This document shows positions 47,465 to 57,403 of a stretch of 64,000 bases of DNA, one piece after another. Source of the DNA: an uncultured Collinsella sp. (lineage in GTDB: Bacteria > Actinomycetota > Coriobacteriia > Coriobacteriales > Coriobacteriaceae); NCBI GenBank assembly GCA_900759045.1, contig CAAETU010000048.1, positions 10,888 to 74,887 of the forward strand, read 5' to 3'. Below the pieces are notes generated by a model. That model did no database searches. It saw only the letters and a list, made by a program, of their open reading frames with translations, and was not told the DNA's origin. The translations under genes were made by a program, and so were the position numbers. Positions within the stretch are counted from its first letter, which is position 1. Every line of letters begins with the position of its first letter.

Positions 47465-48832
47465 ATGATCATCATCAAAAACGGCGCGCTCGTGACGCCA
47501 CAGGGGCTTCGCCGTGCCGATCTTGCCATGGAGGGCGACAAGATCGTGCGGATCGCCGCGGCGATTGAGCCGGCCGAGAGCGATACCGTCGAGGATGCCA
47601 CGGGCTGCTGGGTGTTTCCCGGCTTTATCGACGGCCACACGCACATGCAGTGCTGGACCGGCATGGATTGGACGGCCGATAGCTTTGAGACCGGCACGCG
47701 CGCGGCTGCCTGCGGCGGTACGACGACCATCGTGGACTACGCGACGGCCGATCGTGGCGTGACCATGCCCGATGCCTTGGCCGAGTGGCATCGCCGCGCC
47801 GACGGCACCTGCACGGCAAACTACGCCTTTCATATGGCACTCGCCGAGTGGAACGAGCGCAACCGCGCCGACCTTTCGGCCATGCGCGAGGCGGGCGTAT
47901 CGTCGTTCAAGACCTACTTTGCCTATGACCACCTGCGCTTGGACGATGCCGAGACGCTCGAGGTGCTCGAGGAGCTCAAGCGCCTGGGCGGTATCCTGTG
48001 CGTGCATTGCGAGAACGGCACGTTGGTGAATGAACTGCAGAAGCGCGTGTACGAGCAGGGTATACACGGGCCCGAGGGCCACGCGCTCAGCCGTCCGGAC
48101 GTGTGCGAGGCCGAGGCAGTGAGCCGCCTGCTATATCTGGCGCACCTGGCCGGCGACGCTCCGGTCAACGTGGTGCACCTTTCGACCAAGCTGGGGCTTG
48201 AGGCCATCCGTGCCGCCAAGGCGCGCGGACAGAAGAATATATATGTCGAGACCTGCCCTCAGTATCTGATGCTCGACGATACTTGCTACTTGGAGCAGGG
48301 TGAGGACGGCTTTGCGGGTGCCAAATATGTGATGAGCCCGCCGCTGCGCCATGCGGGTGACCGTGCGGCACTGCGCGAGGCGCTTGTGGCCGGCGAGATC
48401 GATACGATTGCGACCGACCACTGCAGCTTTAACCTGCACGGGCAAAAGGACCGTGGGCGCGACGATTTCCGTGCGATTCCCAACGGCGGGCCCGGTGTGG
48501 AGCATCGTCCCGTCGCGATTGCCACGAGCTTTGAAGGGCAACTGGGCCCCGAGGATCTCTGCCGCTTGATGAGCGAGAACCCGGCGCGCGTCTTTGGCAT
48601 GTATCCGCGCAAGGGCTGTCTTGCCGAGGGTGCCGATGCCGACGTGTGCGTGTGGGATCCTTGCGCGCGTTGGACGATCAGCGCCGCGACGCAGCATCAG
48701 GCCGTGGACTACACGCCACTCGAGGGTTTTGAGGCACATGGCCGCGCCAAGGCTGTGTTTGTGAACGGCGTGCTGGCTGCGCGCGACGGCGAGCCCACTG
48801 GAGCCCAACCCGGCCGCTACGTGCCTCGCTAG
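47465..48832 (+). CDS. hydA: Dihydropyrimidinase/hydantoinase (HyuA-like)
   Basis: PGFIDGHTH, GGTTT, SFKTY, VHCENG, ETCPQY, ATDHC. Confidence 0.93.
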   Translation: MIIIKNGALVTPQGLRRADLAMEGDKIVRIAAAIEPAESDTVEDATGCWVFPGFIDGHTHMQCWTGMDWTADSFETGTRAAACGGTTTIVDYATADRGVTMPDALAEWHRRADGTCTANYAFHMALAEWNERNRADLSAMREAGVSSFKTYFAYDHLRLDDAETLEVLEELKRLGGILCVHCENGTLVNELQKRVYEQGIHGPEGHALSRPDVCEAEAVSRLLYLAHLAGDAPVNVVHLSTKLGLEAIRAAKARGQKNIYVETCPQYLMLDDTCYLEQGEDGFAGAKYVMSPPLRHAGDRAALREALVAGEIDTIATDHCSFNLHGQKDRGRDDFRAIPNGGPGVEHRPVAIATSFEGQLGPEDLCRLMSENPARVFGMYPRKGCLAEGADADVCVWDPCARWTISAATQHQAVDYTPLEGFEAHGRAKAVFVNGVLAARDGEPTGAQPGRYVPR

Positions 48833-48857
48833 CAGGGGGAGTGCCGGACCCCCTCCG

Positions 48858-48926
48858 CAGTTGCGGTGAAATACGGATTGTTTGCGGCCGTCATGCAGCC
48901 AAACAGTCCGTATTTCACCGCAACTG
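48858..48926. repeat. Palindromic element, copy 1 (27-bp arms)
   Basis: CAGTTGCGGTGAAATACGGATTGTTTG...CAAACAGTCCGTATTTCACCGCAACTG. Confidence 0.88.
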
Positions 48927-48941
48927 ACGAGATGGGGCCGG

Positions 48942-49676
48942 CTACTTGAGGCTGGTGGCGACGATGGGGCGGTCGAGAGCTGCTTCGAAGCGGTCGGCCA
49001 TCGTGGGATCGCTGAGCGTGTCGACTTGGTTGAGCATGATGCGGGCATTGTTGAGGTTCAGCATCCGCAGCTCGGCATTGAGCACCTGGGCGACGCGCTC
49101 TGGGGTGGCAGTGTCGGTGGACTCGCAGCCGCAGCGCTCGCAAAAGAGCTCGGGGCGGTGGACGGCTTCGTTGATGGGCTTGCCGAGCCCCGAGGCGCTG
49201 ACGATCCAGACAACGTTTGCCGTGCCGGCGGGAATTACCGGCTCCCAGGCGGCGTGGGCCTTGAGCGGGAGTCGCTTGCTGCCATCTGCCTCGGCCAACA
49301 CATAGTCAAAGCGCTGCGCCAGCTCGTTGAGCGGCTCAGCGGGGGCGGAGAGCTTGCCTGTCTCCGGGTCCAAAACACCCGCCTGGCAGACACTTCCGCG
49401 GTTCATGCCCGCGCATGCCTCGCAGGTGCAGCCGGGAACATGCAGGGCCCCCGGCTTCCAAGGCGCGGAGTCCAGGCGACGGCTCGACCCGTCCCATGGC
49501 ACGCCGGCGACGGGAAACATGTGCGTGGTGGTACAGAGGAGCACCCTGTCGCCGGTGCGCATGAGCTCAAGACCCAGCGTTTTCAGCAATGTCGACTTGC
49601 CGCCACTGCCGATAATTGCGGTAATGCCCGGCTCGATCTTGAGCGCGGAGGCAAGGTTTCCGCTCGTCGTTTCCAT
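48942..49676 (-). CDS. yqeC: Selenium cofactor biosynthesis protein YqeC
   Basis: IGSGGKST, TTTHM, EADGSKRLPLKAH, EPVIP, HRPE, LNQVD. Confidence 0.92.
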   Translation of the reverse strand: METTSGNLASALKIEPGITAIIGSGGKSTLLKTLGLELMRTGDRVLLCTTTHMFPVAGVPWDGSSRRLDSAPWKPGALHVPGCTCEACAGMNRGSVCQAGVLDPETGKLSAPAEPLNELAQRFDYVLAEADGSKRLPLKAHAAWEPVIPAGTANVVWIVSASGLGKPINEAVHRPELFCERCGCESTDTATPERVAQVLNAELRMLNLNNARIMLNQVDTLSDPTMADRFEAALDRPIVATSLK

Positions 49677-49778
49677 CTGTTCACCGCCGTATAATACTGT
49701 GATAATAAATAATCATCAGAGTAGCGGTCGAACCGCTTTTGCTCTGCTCAAACCGTAGCACAGGGAGGTGTCCCGGAA

Positions 49779-50573
49779 ATGCTCGTTTATGTTCGCGGCG
49801 CCGGTGATATCGCCACGGGCGTGGCTGCTCGTCTGGTGCGCGCCGGCATGTCGGTCGTCATGGCCGATATCGCGGTCCCCACGTGCATCCGTCGCACGAT
49901 CAGTTTTTGCGAGGCCATTCGCCTGGGAGAGGTCCAGGTCGAGGGCATTCGTGCTCGCTTGGCGCAAACGCCGGCCGAGGCGCTTGCAATTATCGAGGCG
50001 GGGGATGTCGCCGTGGTGGTGGACCCCCGGGCACAGATGCTCGGCGAGCTTAAGCCCGCGGCCGTGGTCGACGCGATTCTGGCCAAGCGCAATCTGGGCA
50101 CCACGCGCGACATGGCTCCTGCCGTCATCGCGGTAGGGCCGGGCTTTGCCGCGCCGGTTGATTGCGATGCCGTGGTCGAGACTATGCGCGGTCATTTCCT
50201 CGGCCGCGTCATCACCCAGGGCTCACCCCAGCCCAATACGGGCGTGCCGGGTGTCATCGCCGGCTATGGCAAGGAGCGTGTTATCCACAGCCCCGCCGCC
50301 GGTGTGTTTAGGTCCGACCGCGCGATCGGCGACATCGTGAGTGCCGGCGATGTGATCGGGTATGCGGGCGATACACCCATGTTCACGACGATTGACGGCT
50401 GCCTGCGCGGCCTTTTGGCAGACGGCGTTCAGGTGACCGAGGGCTTTAAGTGCGCCGATGTCGACCCACGCGGCGACGCCAGCTACATCAACTATATTTC
50501 GGACAAGGCGACGTCGGTCGGCGGCGGCGTGCTCGAGGCGCTCGCCATGCTCACCGGTGTATTCCAGGGATAG
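49779..50573 (+). CDS. yqeB: Selenium-dependent molybdenum cofactor biosynthesis protein YqeB
   Basis: RGAGDIATGVA, VDAILAKRNLGT, ETMRGH, DVDPR, GGGVLEA. Confidence 0.95.
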   Translation: MLVYVRGAGDIATGVAARLVRAGMSVVMADIAVPTCIRRTISFCEAIRLGEVQVEGIRARLAQTPAEALAIIEAGDVAVVVDPRAQMLGELKPAAVVDAILAKRNLGTTRDMAPAVIAVGPGFAAPVDCDAVVETMRGHFLGRVITQGSPQPNTGVPGVIAGYGKERVIHSPAAGVFRSDRAIGDIVSAGDVIGYAGDTPMFTTIDGCLRGLLADGVQVTEGFKCADVDPRGDASYINYISDKATSVGGGVLEALAMLTGVFQG

Positions 50574-50582
50574 GAAATTGCA

Positions 50583-51626
50583 ATGGAAAAGCTCGATGTG
50601 GTGAATGCTGCGCTTGGCGCTCTGAAGGCTGGTAAGACGTGCGAGTTGGTGGTCGTGGCCGGCACGGCAGGGTCATCGCCGCGCGGCGTGGGCGCCTGGA
50701 TGGCCGTTTTTGCCGATGGCAGCCAAGCGGGTACCATCGGCGGCGGCAAGATTGAGCTCTTTGCGCTGGGCGAGGCCCGCGAGCTGCTGGCCGCGGGGCA
50801 GTCGCGCCTGGTCCGCTACACCATGGGCGGGGAGAACTCCGATACCGGCATGATCTGCGGCGGAGCCATCTGCCTGTGCTATCTGCACCTGGACGCGACC
50901 AAGGCACCGTTGTTCCAGGAGATTGCCGATGTACTGGCGTATCGCCGCATCGGCGACTTCACCATCGATTTTGAGCCGTTTATCGCAAGCGCGCTCGAAA
51001 GCGACGCTGCCGAATACCATGGCGAGGAATCGCGCCGCACCATAATGGGCTGCCCCGAGCTTTCGCTGGTGGAGGGGGGGAGTAAGGTCACCTACACCAA
51101 CGCCGCCTCCGAGATTCCCCCGGCGCACATCGAGACGCTCTGCCCCGAGGGCCTGACCTATATCTTTGGTTGCGGACACGTGGGCGCCGCGACGGCGCGC
51201 GTGCTCACGGCGGCGGGCTTTGCCGTCGTGGCGTGCGATGACCGCCCCGGCACGCTGACGCCCGAATGGGTGCCCGGTGTCTACGATCGTCGCCTGGTCG
51301 ACTACAAGAACCTGGGCGAGTTGTGTCCCATCGGCCCGCGCGACTTGGTGGTCGTGGCCACGGCGGGCCACAAGTCCGATATCGATGTGGTGATTCAGGC
51401 CATGCGCGCCAAGCCCGCCTATCTGGGTTGCCTGGGCTCGCGTCGCAAGACGGCCTTTATGCGGGCCCGCTTGGAGCAGGAGGGCTTTACGCAGGAACAG
51501 ATCGACGGGCTGCACCTGCCGATCGGCGTTGCTATCGAGGCGGAGGACCCCGAGGAGATCGCCATCTCCATCGCCGCCGAAATGATCCACCTGCGCCGCA
51601 CCAAACTCGTCCCCCGCAAGCGCTAG
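50583..51626 (+). CDS. xdhC: XdhC/CoxI family molybdoenzyme maturation factor
   Basis: GSSPR, GTIGGG, GMICGG, FGCGHVG, YLGCLGSRRK, PEEIAISIAAE. Confidence 0.93.
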   Translation: MEKLDVVNAALGALKAGKTCELVVVAGTAGSSPRGVGAWMAVFADGSQAGTIGGGKIELFALGEARELLAAGQSRLVRYTMGGENSDTGMICGGAICLCYLHLDATKAPLFQEIADVLAYRRIGDFTIDFEPFIASALESDAAEYHGEESRRTIMGCPELSLVEGGSKVTYTNAASEIPPAHIETLCPEGLTYIFGCGHVGAATARVLTAAGFAVVACDDRPGTLTPEWVPGVYDRRLVDYKNLGELCPIGPRDLVVVATAGHKSDIDVVIQAMRAKPAYLGCLGSRRKTAFMRARLEQEGFTQEQIDGLHLPIGVAIEAEDPEEIAISIAAEMIHLRRTKLVPRKR

Positions 51627-51643
51627 TCGCATCCCGATATATG

Positions 51644-51710
51644 AGTTGCGGTGAAATAGGGACTGTTTAAGCCTGTTGAGCCGTCAAACAGTCCCTATTT
51701 CACCGCAACT
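51644..51710. repeat. Palindromic element, copy 2 (25-bp perfect arms)
   Basis: AGTTGCGGTGAAATAGGGACTGTTT...AAACAGTCCCTATTTCACCGCAACT. Confidence 0.88.
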
Positions 51711-51780
51711 GCCATTTCGGTCCCCTAGGACACATATGTGCGGGGGAGTTGTGGAGTTGTGCAGGCAGACGAGGTTTTTC

Positions 51781-51946
51781 TGGAAATACGCTCCCGATGC
51801 GCGTATAGTACCGATTGTTTTGTCGGCTCCTGCTGCGTCGAGTCCAAACCGCGAAATGCCACGAGCGGTGCGGATGCAGTCAGGAGGCACGAGGACAACC
51901 CACCGTGGCCACGCCCCGTGCTTAAAACCCCAAGAAGGAGTGAACA
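51781..51946 (+). promoter_or_regulatory. Putative promoter (TGGAAA-N17-TATAGT) and structured leader of rplE
   Basis: -10 at 51804-51809; stem CTCCTG-CTGC...GCAG-TCAGGAG in the leader. Confidence 0.5.
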
Positions 51947-52504
51947 ATGGCAGAAGAGAAGTATGTGCCGCGTCTGAAGACCAAGTACAACAACGAGATC
52001 AAGCAGCAGCTTCAGGACAAGTTCCAGTACGAGAACGTCATGATGATCCCCAAGTTTGAGAAGATTGTCGTGAACATGGGTGTCGGCGAGGCCGCTACCG
52101 ATTCCAAGGCCATCGACGGTGCCGTGCGCGACCTGCGCGCCATCACCGGCCAGCAGCCGATGATCACCCGTGCGCGCAAGTCCATCGCTACCTTCCGCCT
52201 GCGCGCTGGTATGCCGATCGGCTGCAAGGTTACCCTGCGTGGCGACCGTATGTGGGAGTTCTTCGATCGTCTGACCTCCGTCGCGATCCCCCGTATCCGC
52301 GACTTCCGCGGCATCTCCGCCAAGAGCTTCGACGGCCGTGGTAACTTCTCCATGGGCGTCACCGAGCAGCTCATCTTCCCCGAGATCGACTTCGACTCCG
52401 TCGATCACCAGCGTGGTATGGACATCACTTTCGTGACCACCGCCAACACCGATGAGGAGGCCAAGGCCCTTCTGGACGCCTTCGGTTTCCCGTTCAAGAA
52501 ATAG
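51947..52504 (+). CDS. rplE: 50S ribosomal protein L5
   Basis: [32 protein letters not shown]. Confidence 0.98.
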   Translation: MAEEKYVPRLKTKYNNEIKQQLQDKFQYENVMMIPKFEKIVVNMGVGEAATDSKAIDGAVRDLRAITGQQPMITRARKSIATFRLRAGMPIGCKVTLRGDRMWEFFDRLTSVAIPRIRDFRGISAKSFDGRGNFSMGVTEQLIFPEIDFDSVDHQRGMDITFVTTANTDEEAKALLDAFGFPFKK

Positions 52505-52583
52505 GTTCACCTGCCCTATAAGCGCCGTTCCCACAAGGGGTCGGCGCTTGGGGCGAACAATACTCTATGTGAGGAGGATATAA

Positions 52584-52769
52584 GTGGCTAAGACATCGAT
52601 GATCGTCAAGTGCAATCGCAAGCAGAAGTTCTCTACTCGTGAGTACACGCGCTGCCAGCGCTGCGGCCGTCCGCACTCTGTGTACCGCAAGTTCGGCCTG
52701 TGCCGTGTCTGCTTCCGCGAGCTTGCACTCAAGGGCGAGCTTCCCGGCGTTAAGAAGGCCAGCTGGTAA
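52584..52769 (+). CDS. rpsN: 30S ribosomal protein S14, zinc-binding type Z
   Basis: RCQRCGR...GLCRVCFR, 61 aa. Confidence 0.97.
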   Translation: MAKTSMIVKCNRKQKFSTREYTRCQRCGRPHSVYRKFGLCRVCFRELALKGELPGVKKASW

Positions 52770-52888
52770 GTCACTACCAGCGTTTCAAGCATCAGTTTGG
52801 AACAGGGAAAACGCGCTAAATAGGCTTTGCCGTTAAGGGCGGCGAAGAACCAAGAGCACGTGTTCATCAAGAACGAAGGAGAATCTGT

Positions 52889-53287
52889 ATGAACCTTACA
52901 GACCCGATCGCAGATATGCTTACGCGCATCCGTAACGCTAACTCTGTGAACAAGGCCACGGTCTCCATGCCGAGCAGCAAGAAGCTCGTCGAGATCGCTC
53001 GTGTTCTGCACGAGGAAGGCTACATCGAGGGCTACGATGTCGAGGACACCGTTCCCCAGAAGACTCTGCACATCACGCTTAAGTATGGTCCCAAGAAGGC
53101 TAGGGTCATCAACGGCATCCGCCGCATTTCCAAGCCGGGCCTGCGTAAGTACACCGGCGTTGCCGACATGCCCCGCGTCCGCGGTGGCCTTGGTACCGCC
53201 ATTATTTCCACCAGCCATGGCGTTATGACCGACCGCGATGCTCGCAAGCACAACGTCGGCGGCGAGATTATCGCTTACGTCTGGTAA
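52889..53287 (+). CDS. rpsH: 30S ribosomal protein S8
   Basis: [25 protein letters not shown]. Confidence 0.98.
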   Translation: MNLTDPIADMLTRIRNANSVNKATVSMPSSKKLVEIARVLHEEGYIEGYDVEDTVPQKTLHITLKYGPKKARVINGIRRISKPGLRKYTGVADMPRVRGGLGTAIISTSHGVMTDRDARKHNVGGEIIAYVW

Positions 53288-53320
53288 TTCGGTCGGTAGG
53301 TAGAAGGAAAGGAGATCACC

Positions 53321-53857
53321 GTGTCTCGTATCGGTAATAAGCCTGTCCAGATTCCCGCCGGAGTCGAAGTGGCAGTCAACGGCAACAACGTTGTCGTCAA
53401 GGGCCCCAAGGGCCAGCTCGAGCTCGATGTTTTTGAGAAGCTCACCATCAACGTCGAGGACAACGTCCTCACCGTTTCCCGTCCCGACGACGAGCGTGAG
53501 ACCCGTGCCCGCCACGGCCTCACCCGCGCCCTCATCCACAACATGGTTGTTGGCGTTTCCGAGGGCTTCGAGAAGAAGCTCGAGCTCGCCGGCGTCGGTT
53601 ACCGCGTGCAGCAGAAGGGCAAGAACCTCGAGTTCTCCCTGGGCTTCTCGCACCCCGTGATCGTCGAGGCTCCCGAGGGCATCACCTTCGAGGTTCCCGA
53701 CAACACCCACGTGAACGTCAAGGGTATCAACAAGCAGCAGGTCGGTCAGATCGCCGCTGAGATCCGCGGCCATCGTCCTCCCGAGCCTTACAAGGGCAAG
53801 GGTATCCACTATGTTGGCGAGCACATCCGCCGCAAGCTGGGTAAGGCCGCCAAGTAG
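53321..53857 (+). CDS. rplF: 50S ribosomal protein L6
   Basis: [20 protein letters not shown]. Confidence 0.98.
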   Translation: MSRIGNKPVQIPAGVEVAVNGNNVVVKGPKGQLELDVFEKLTINVEDNVLTVSRPDDERETRARHGLTRALIHNMVVGVSEGFEKKLELAGVGYRVQQKGKNLEFSLGFSHPVIVEAPEGITFEVPDNTHVNVKGINKQQVGQIAAEIRGHRPPEPYKGKGIHYVGEHIRRKLGKAAK

Positions 53858-53932
53858 TCGTAAGCGACTCACTCGCATAAGACCAGCACCCCGTTAGGTG
53901 CTGGCAAGATCAACCTTTTTAGGAGTTTACGT

Positions 53933-54301
53933 ATGAACAAGCATAAGGCGAAGCTGGAAGGCCTCAAGCGTCGTCAGCGTCGTGTTCGCGGCAAGGTCTC
54001 GGGTACCGCCGAGCGTCCGCGTCTTCGCGTGACCCGTACTAACGCCAACATCTATGCCCAGATCATCGACGACAGCAAGGGCTCCAGCCTGACGCTCGTC
54101 TCCGCCTCGACCCTCGAGGCCGAGTTCAAGGGCACCCACACCTCGAACAAGGAGGCTGCGGAGAAGGTCGGTCAGCTCGTTGGCAAGCGTGCCATCGAGG
54201 CCGGCATCACCAAGGTCGCTTTCGATCGTGGTGGCCGTATCTACCATGGCCGCGTCAAGGCCCTCGCCGACGGTGCTCGTGCCGCCGGTCTCGAGTTCTA
54301 G
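53933..54301 (+). CDS. rplR: 50S ribosomal protein L18
   Basis: [29 protein letters not shown]. Confidence 0.98.
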   Translation: MNKHKAKLEGLKRRQRRVRGKVSGTAERPRLRVTRTNANIYAQIIDDSKGSSLTLVSASTLEAEFKGTHTSNKEAAEKVGQLVGKRAIEAGITKVAFDRGGRIYHGRVKALADGARAAGLEF

Positions 54302-54315
54302 GAGGTATGTAGCAC

Positions 54316-54840
54316 ATGGCTCGTAATCAGAAGCAGCAGCGCGAGGCCTCCGAGTTCGAGGAGCGCGTCGTTTACATCAACCGCGTGTCGAAGACCGTCA
54401 AGGGTGGTCGTCGCATGAGCCTCGTCGCTCTCGTCGTCGTTGGCGACGGCAAGGGCAACGTCGGCGTTGGCATGGGCAAGTCCGCTGAGGTGCCCATGGC
54501 CATCTCCAAGGCGTCTCTCGATGCCAAGAAGAACATGTTCCACGTGCCGGTGACCGAGCAGGGCACCATCCCGCACGAGGTTCTCGGTCACTTTGGTGCC
54601 GGCCGCATCATCATCAAGCCCGCTGTCGAGGGTACCGGCGTTATCGCCGGCGGCGCTGTGCGTCCCCTCTTCGAGCTTGCTGGCATCAAGAACGTCCTGT
54701 CCAAGTCCCTCGGTACCGACAACGGCCTCAACATCATCAAGGCTGCCGTCGAGGGCCTCAAGGAGCTCTCCAGCCCTGAGGACGTCGCGGCTCGCCGTGG
54801 CCTGACGGTCTCCGAGATGTTCGTCGGTAAGGAGAACTAA
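54316..54840 (+). CDS. rpsE: 30S ribosomal protein S5
   Basis: [20 protein letters not shown]. Confidence 0.98.
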   Translation: MARNQKQQREASEFEERVVYINRVSKTVKGGRRMSLVALVVVGDGKGNVGVGMGKSAEVPMAISKASLDAKKNMFHVPVTEQGTIPHEVLGHFGAGRIIIKPAVEGTGVIAGGAVRPLFELAGIKNVLSKSLGTDNGLNIIKAAVEGLKELSSPEDVAARRGLTVSEMFVGKEN

Positions 54841-54842
54841 GC

Positions 54843-55025
54843 ATGGCTGACACCATCAAGATCAAGCAGGTCCGCAGCACCAACGGTTGCAAGCAGGACC
54901 AGGTCCGTACTGTCCGTGCCCTCGGTCTCCACAGGATCCGCGAGGTTCGCGAGATTGCTGACAACGAGTCCGTCCGCGGCATGATCTTCAAGGTCAAGCA
55001 CCTTGTCGAGATTGTAGAGGAGTAG
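54843..55025 (+). CDS. rpmD: 50S ribosomal protein L30
   Basis: ALGL...RGMIFKVKHLV; position in operon. Confidence 0.95.
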   Translation: MADTIKIKQVRSTNGCKQDQVRTVRALGLHRIREVREIADNESVRGMIFKVKHLVEIVEE

Positions 55026-55028
55026 CAA

Positions 55029-55478
55029 ATGCAGCTTCACGATCTTACTCCCGCGCCCGGTTCCACCAAGAACCGCAAGCGCGTCGGCCGTGGCAATTCT
55101 TCGGGTCACGGCACCACTTCTGGCCGCGGTCAGAAGGGCCAGGGTTCCCGCTCTGGCGGCACCAAGGGTGCCGGCTTCGAGGGTGGCCAGACTCCGCTGG
55201 CTATGCGCCTGCCCAAGCTTCCGGGCTTCCGCAACCCCCGTCGTATCGAGTACACCGCTGTTAACGTTGAGCGTCTCGAGCGCAAGTTCGAGGACGGCGC
55301 TGTGATCGACGGTGCCGCTCTTAAGGCCGCTCGCATCACCAAGAGCGAGTTCGAGCCCGTCAAGGTGCTCGGCAATGGTGAGCTCACCAAGAAGTTCACG
55401 GTCAAGGTCGACAAGGTCAGCGCTTCTGCGCAGGCCAAGATCGAGGCCGCCGGCGGAAAGGTCGAGCTGCCGTGCTAA
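55029..55478 (+). CDS. rplO: 50S ribosomal protein L15
   Basis: [21 protein letters not shown]. Confidence 0.98.
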   Translation: MQLHDLTPAPGSTKNRKRVGRGNSSGHGTTSGRGQKGQGSRSGGTKGAGFEGGQTPLAMRLPKLPGFRNPRRIEYTAVNVERLERKFEDGAVIDGAALKAARITKSEFEPVKVLGNGELTKKFTVKVDKVSASAQAKIEAAGGKVELPC

Positions 55479-56758
55479 ATGGTCTTAAGAATGCTTTCCG
55501 CATCAAAGAATTGCGCGAAAAGATTCTTTTTACCATAGCTATGCTCGTCGTGTACCGCATTGGTGCGCACGTTCCTGTGCCCGGCATTCCCTTCCAGGGG
55601 ATGCTGGGCCTTTTCTCGACCGATAACAATTCGGTCGCCGCAGGTGCTATGGCCCTCCTGAATCTTTTCTCTGGTGGCGCGTTGAGCTATGTTTCGGTGT
55701 TCTCCCTGGGCATCATGCCTTACATCACCAGCTCGATCATCCTCCAGATGCTCCAGGCCGTTGTGCCTTCCCTGCATGAGCTTGCCCGCGAGGGCGAGGT
55801 CGGTCAGACCAAGATTACGCAGTATTCGCGTTACCTCACCCTGGCTCTGGCAATCCTCAACTCCGTGGGTTACCTCTTCCTCTTTAAGAGCTTCGGCATC
55901 AGCTTTACTGGCGCCGGCGCTCCCGAGATCATCTTCGACCTCATGATCGTCGGCACGCTCACCGCGGGCGCCATGCTGATCATGTGGATTGGTGAGCTCA
56001 TCACCCAGCGCGGTATCGGCAATGGCATGTCGCTGATCATCTTTGCGAACATCATGGCCGGTCTGCCGCAGGCGATCTTCTCCAGCACCGAGGGCAATGC
56101 CGGTGGCATCATCACCATGGTGATCATCTGCGCCATCATCCTGCTGGTCATCCCGCTGATCGTTTTCCTTGAGCGCGGCCAGCGCCGCATTCCGGTCTCC
56201 TACGCTAAGCGCGTCGTGGGCCGTCGCATGATGGGTGGCCAGACCACCTACCTGCCCATCAAGGTCAACACCGCGGGCGTCGTGCCGATCATCTTCGCTT
56301 CGGCGCTGCTGTACTTCCCGGCCCAGATTGCCGTGTTCTTCCCCGGCATCGGCTGGATTCAGGCAGTTGCCTCTGCGCTTTCGACCGGTTGGCTCAACTG
56401 GGTGCTTAACGTTGTCCTCATCGTGTTCTTCGCGTACTTCTACACCTCCATGGTGTTCAACCCCGATGACACGGCCGACAACCTTAAGAAGCAGGGCGGC
56501 TTTATTCCGGGCGTCCGTCCGGGTAGGGCTACCGCGGCCTACATCAAGAACGCGCTCAACAAGATCACGCTTCCCAGCGCTGTCTTTTTGGCGCTCATCG
56601 CCATCGTGCCTTCGATCATCTTCTCCTTCACGGGTAACCATCTGATCCAGGCATTTGGCGGCACGTCTATCCTCATTATGGTCGGCGTCGTGCTCGACAC
56701 GGTCGATAAGCTCGAAGGCCAGATCAAGATGTATGATTACGATGGATTCTTTAAATAG
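55472..56758 (+). CDS. secY: Preprotein translocase SecY
   Basis: [35 protein letters not shown]. Confidence 0.98.
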   Translation: MLNGLKNAFRIKELREKILFTIAMLVVYRIGAHVPVPGIPFQGMLGLFSTDNNSVAAGAMALLNLFSGGALSYVSVFSLGIMPYITSSIILQMLQAVVPSLHELAREGEVGQTKITQYSRYLTLALAILNSVGYLFLFKSFGISFTGAGAPEIIFDLMIVGTLTAGAMLIMWIGELITQRGIGNGMSLIIFANIMAGLPQAIFSSTEGNAGGIITMVIICAIILLVIPLIVFLERGQRRIPVSYAKRVVGRRMMGGQTTYLPIKVNTAGVVPIIFASALLYFPAQIAVFFPGIGWIQAVASALSTGWLNWVLNVVLIVFFAYFYTSMVFNPDDTADNLKKQGGFIPGVRPGRATAAYIKNALNKITLPSAVFLALIAIVPSIIFSFTGNHLIQAFGGTSILIMVGVVLDTVDKLEGQIKMYDYDGFFK

Positions 56759-56776
56759 GCTAGAGGAGGATTGCTC

Positions 56777-57403
56777 ATGAACCTCGTATTGCTCGGAGCT
56801 CCGGGTGCCGGTAAGGGCACCGTCGCACAGGAGCTCGTCGCCGAGTTTGGCGTCGCTCACATTTCCACGGGCGACCTGCTGCGTGCTGCCGTCAAGGGTG
56901 GCACCGAGCTTGGTATTCAGGCTAAGAAGTACATGGACGCTGGCGAGCTCGTTCCCGACCAGCTCGTGATCGACCTTGTCAAGGAGCGCCTTGCCGCCGA
57001 TGACGCCCAGCAGGGCTTCATCCTCGATGGCTTCCCGCGCAACACCGCCCAGGCTGTGACGCTCGATTCCGAGCTCTCCGCCATGGGTCGCGAGATCGAC
57101 TGCGCCCTTCTGGTCGATGTGGCCCCCGATGTCATCATCGATCGTCTGTCTTCGCGTCGCACCTGCCGCGCCTGCGGTTACACCGGCACTGCTGCCGATG
57201 CTACCTGCCCCAAGTGCGGCGGCGAGATGTATCAGCGCGACGACGACAAGCCCGAGACCATCAAGAACCGTCTCGACGTCTACGAGAAGTCCACGAGCCC
57301 GCTCGTCGACTACTATCGTGGCCAGGGTCTGCTCAAGTCGGTCAACGGTGACCAGGCTCGCGAGACCGTGTACGGGGATGTCAAAGAGGCTCTCGGTCTA
57401 TGA
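56777..57403 (+). CDS. adk: Adenylate kinase (zinc lid)
   Basis: GAPGAGKGT, STGDLLR, LDGFPR, CxxC...CxxC. Confidence 0.97.
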   Translation: MNLVLLGAPGAGKGTVAQELVAEFGVAHISTGDLLRAAVKGGTELGIQAKKYMDAGELVPDQLVIDLVKERLAADDAQQGFILDGFPRNTAQAVTLDSELSAMGREIDCALLVDVAPDVIIDRLSSRRTCRACGYTGTAADATCPKCGGEMYQRDDDKPETIKNRLDVYEKSTSPLVDYYRGQGLLKSVNGDQARETVYGDVKEALGL

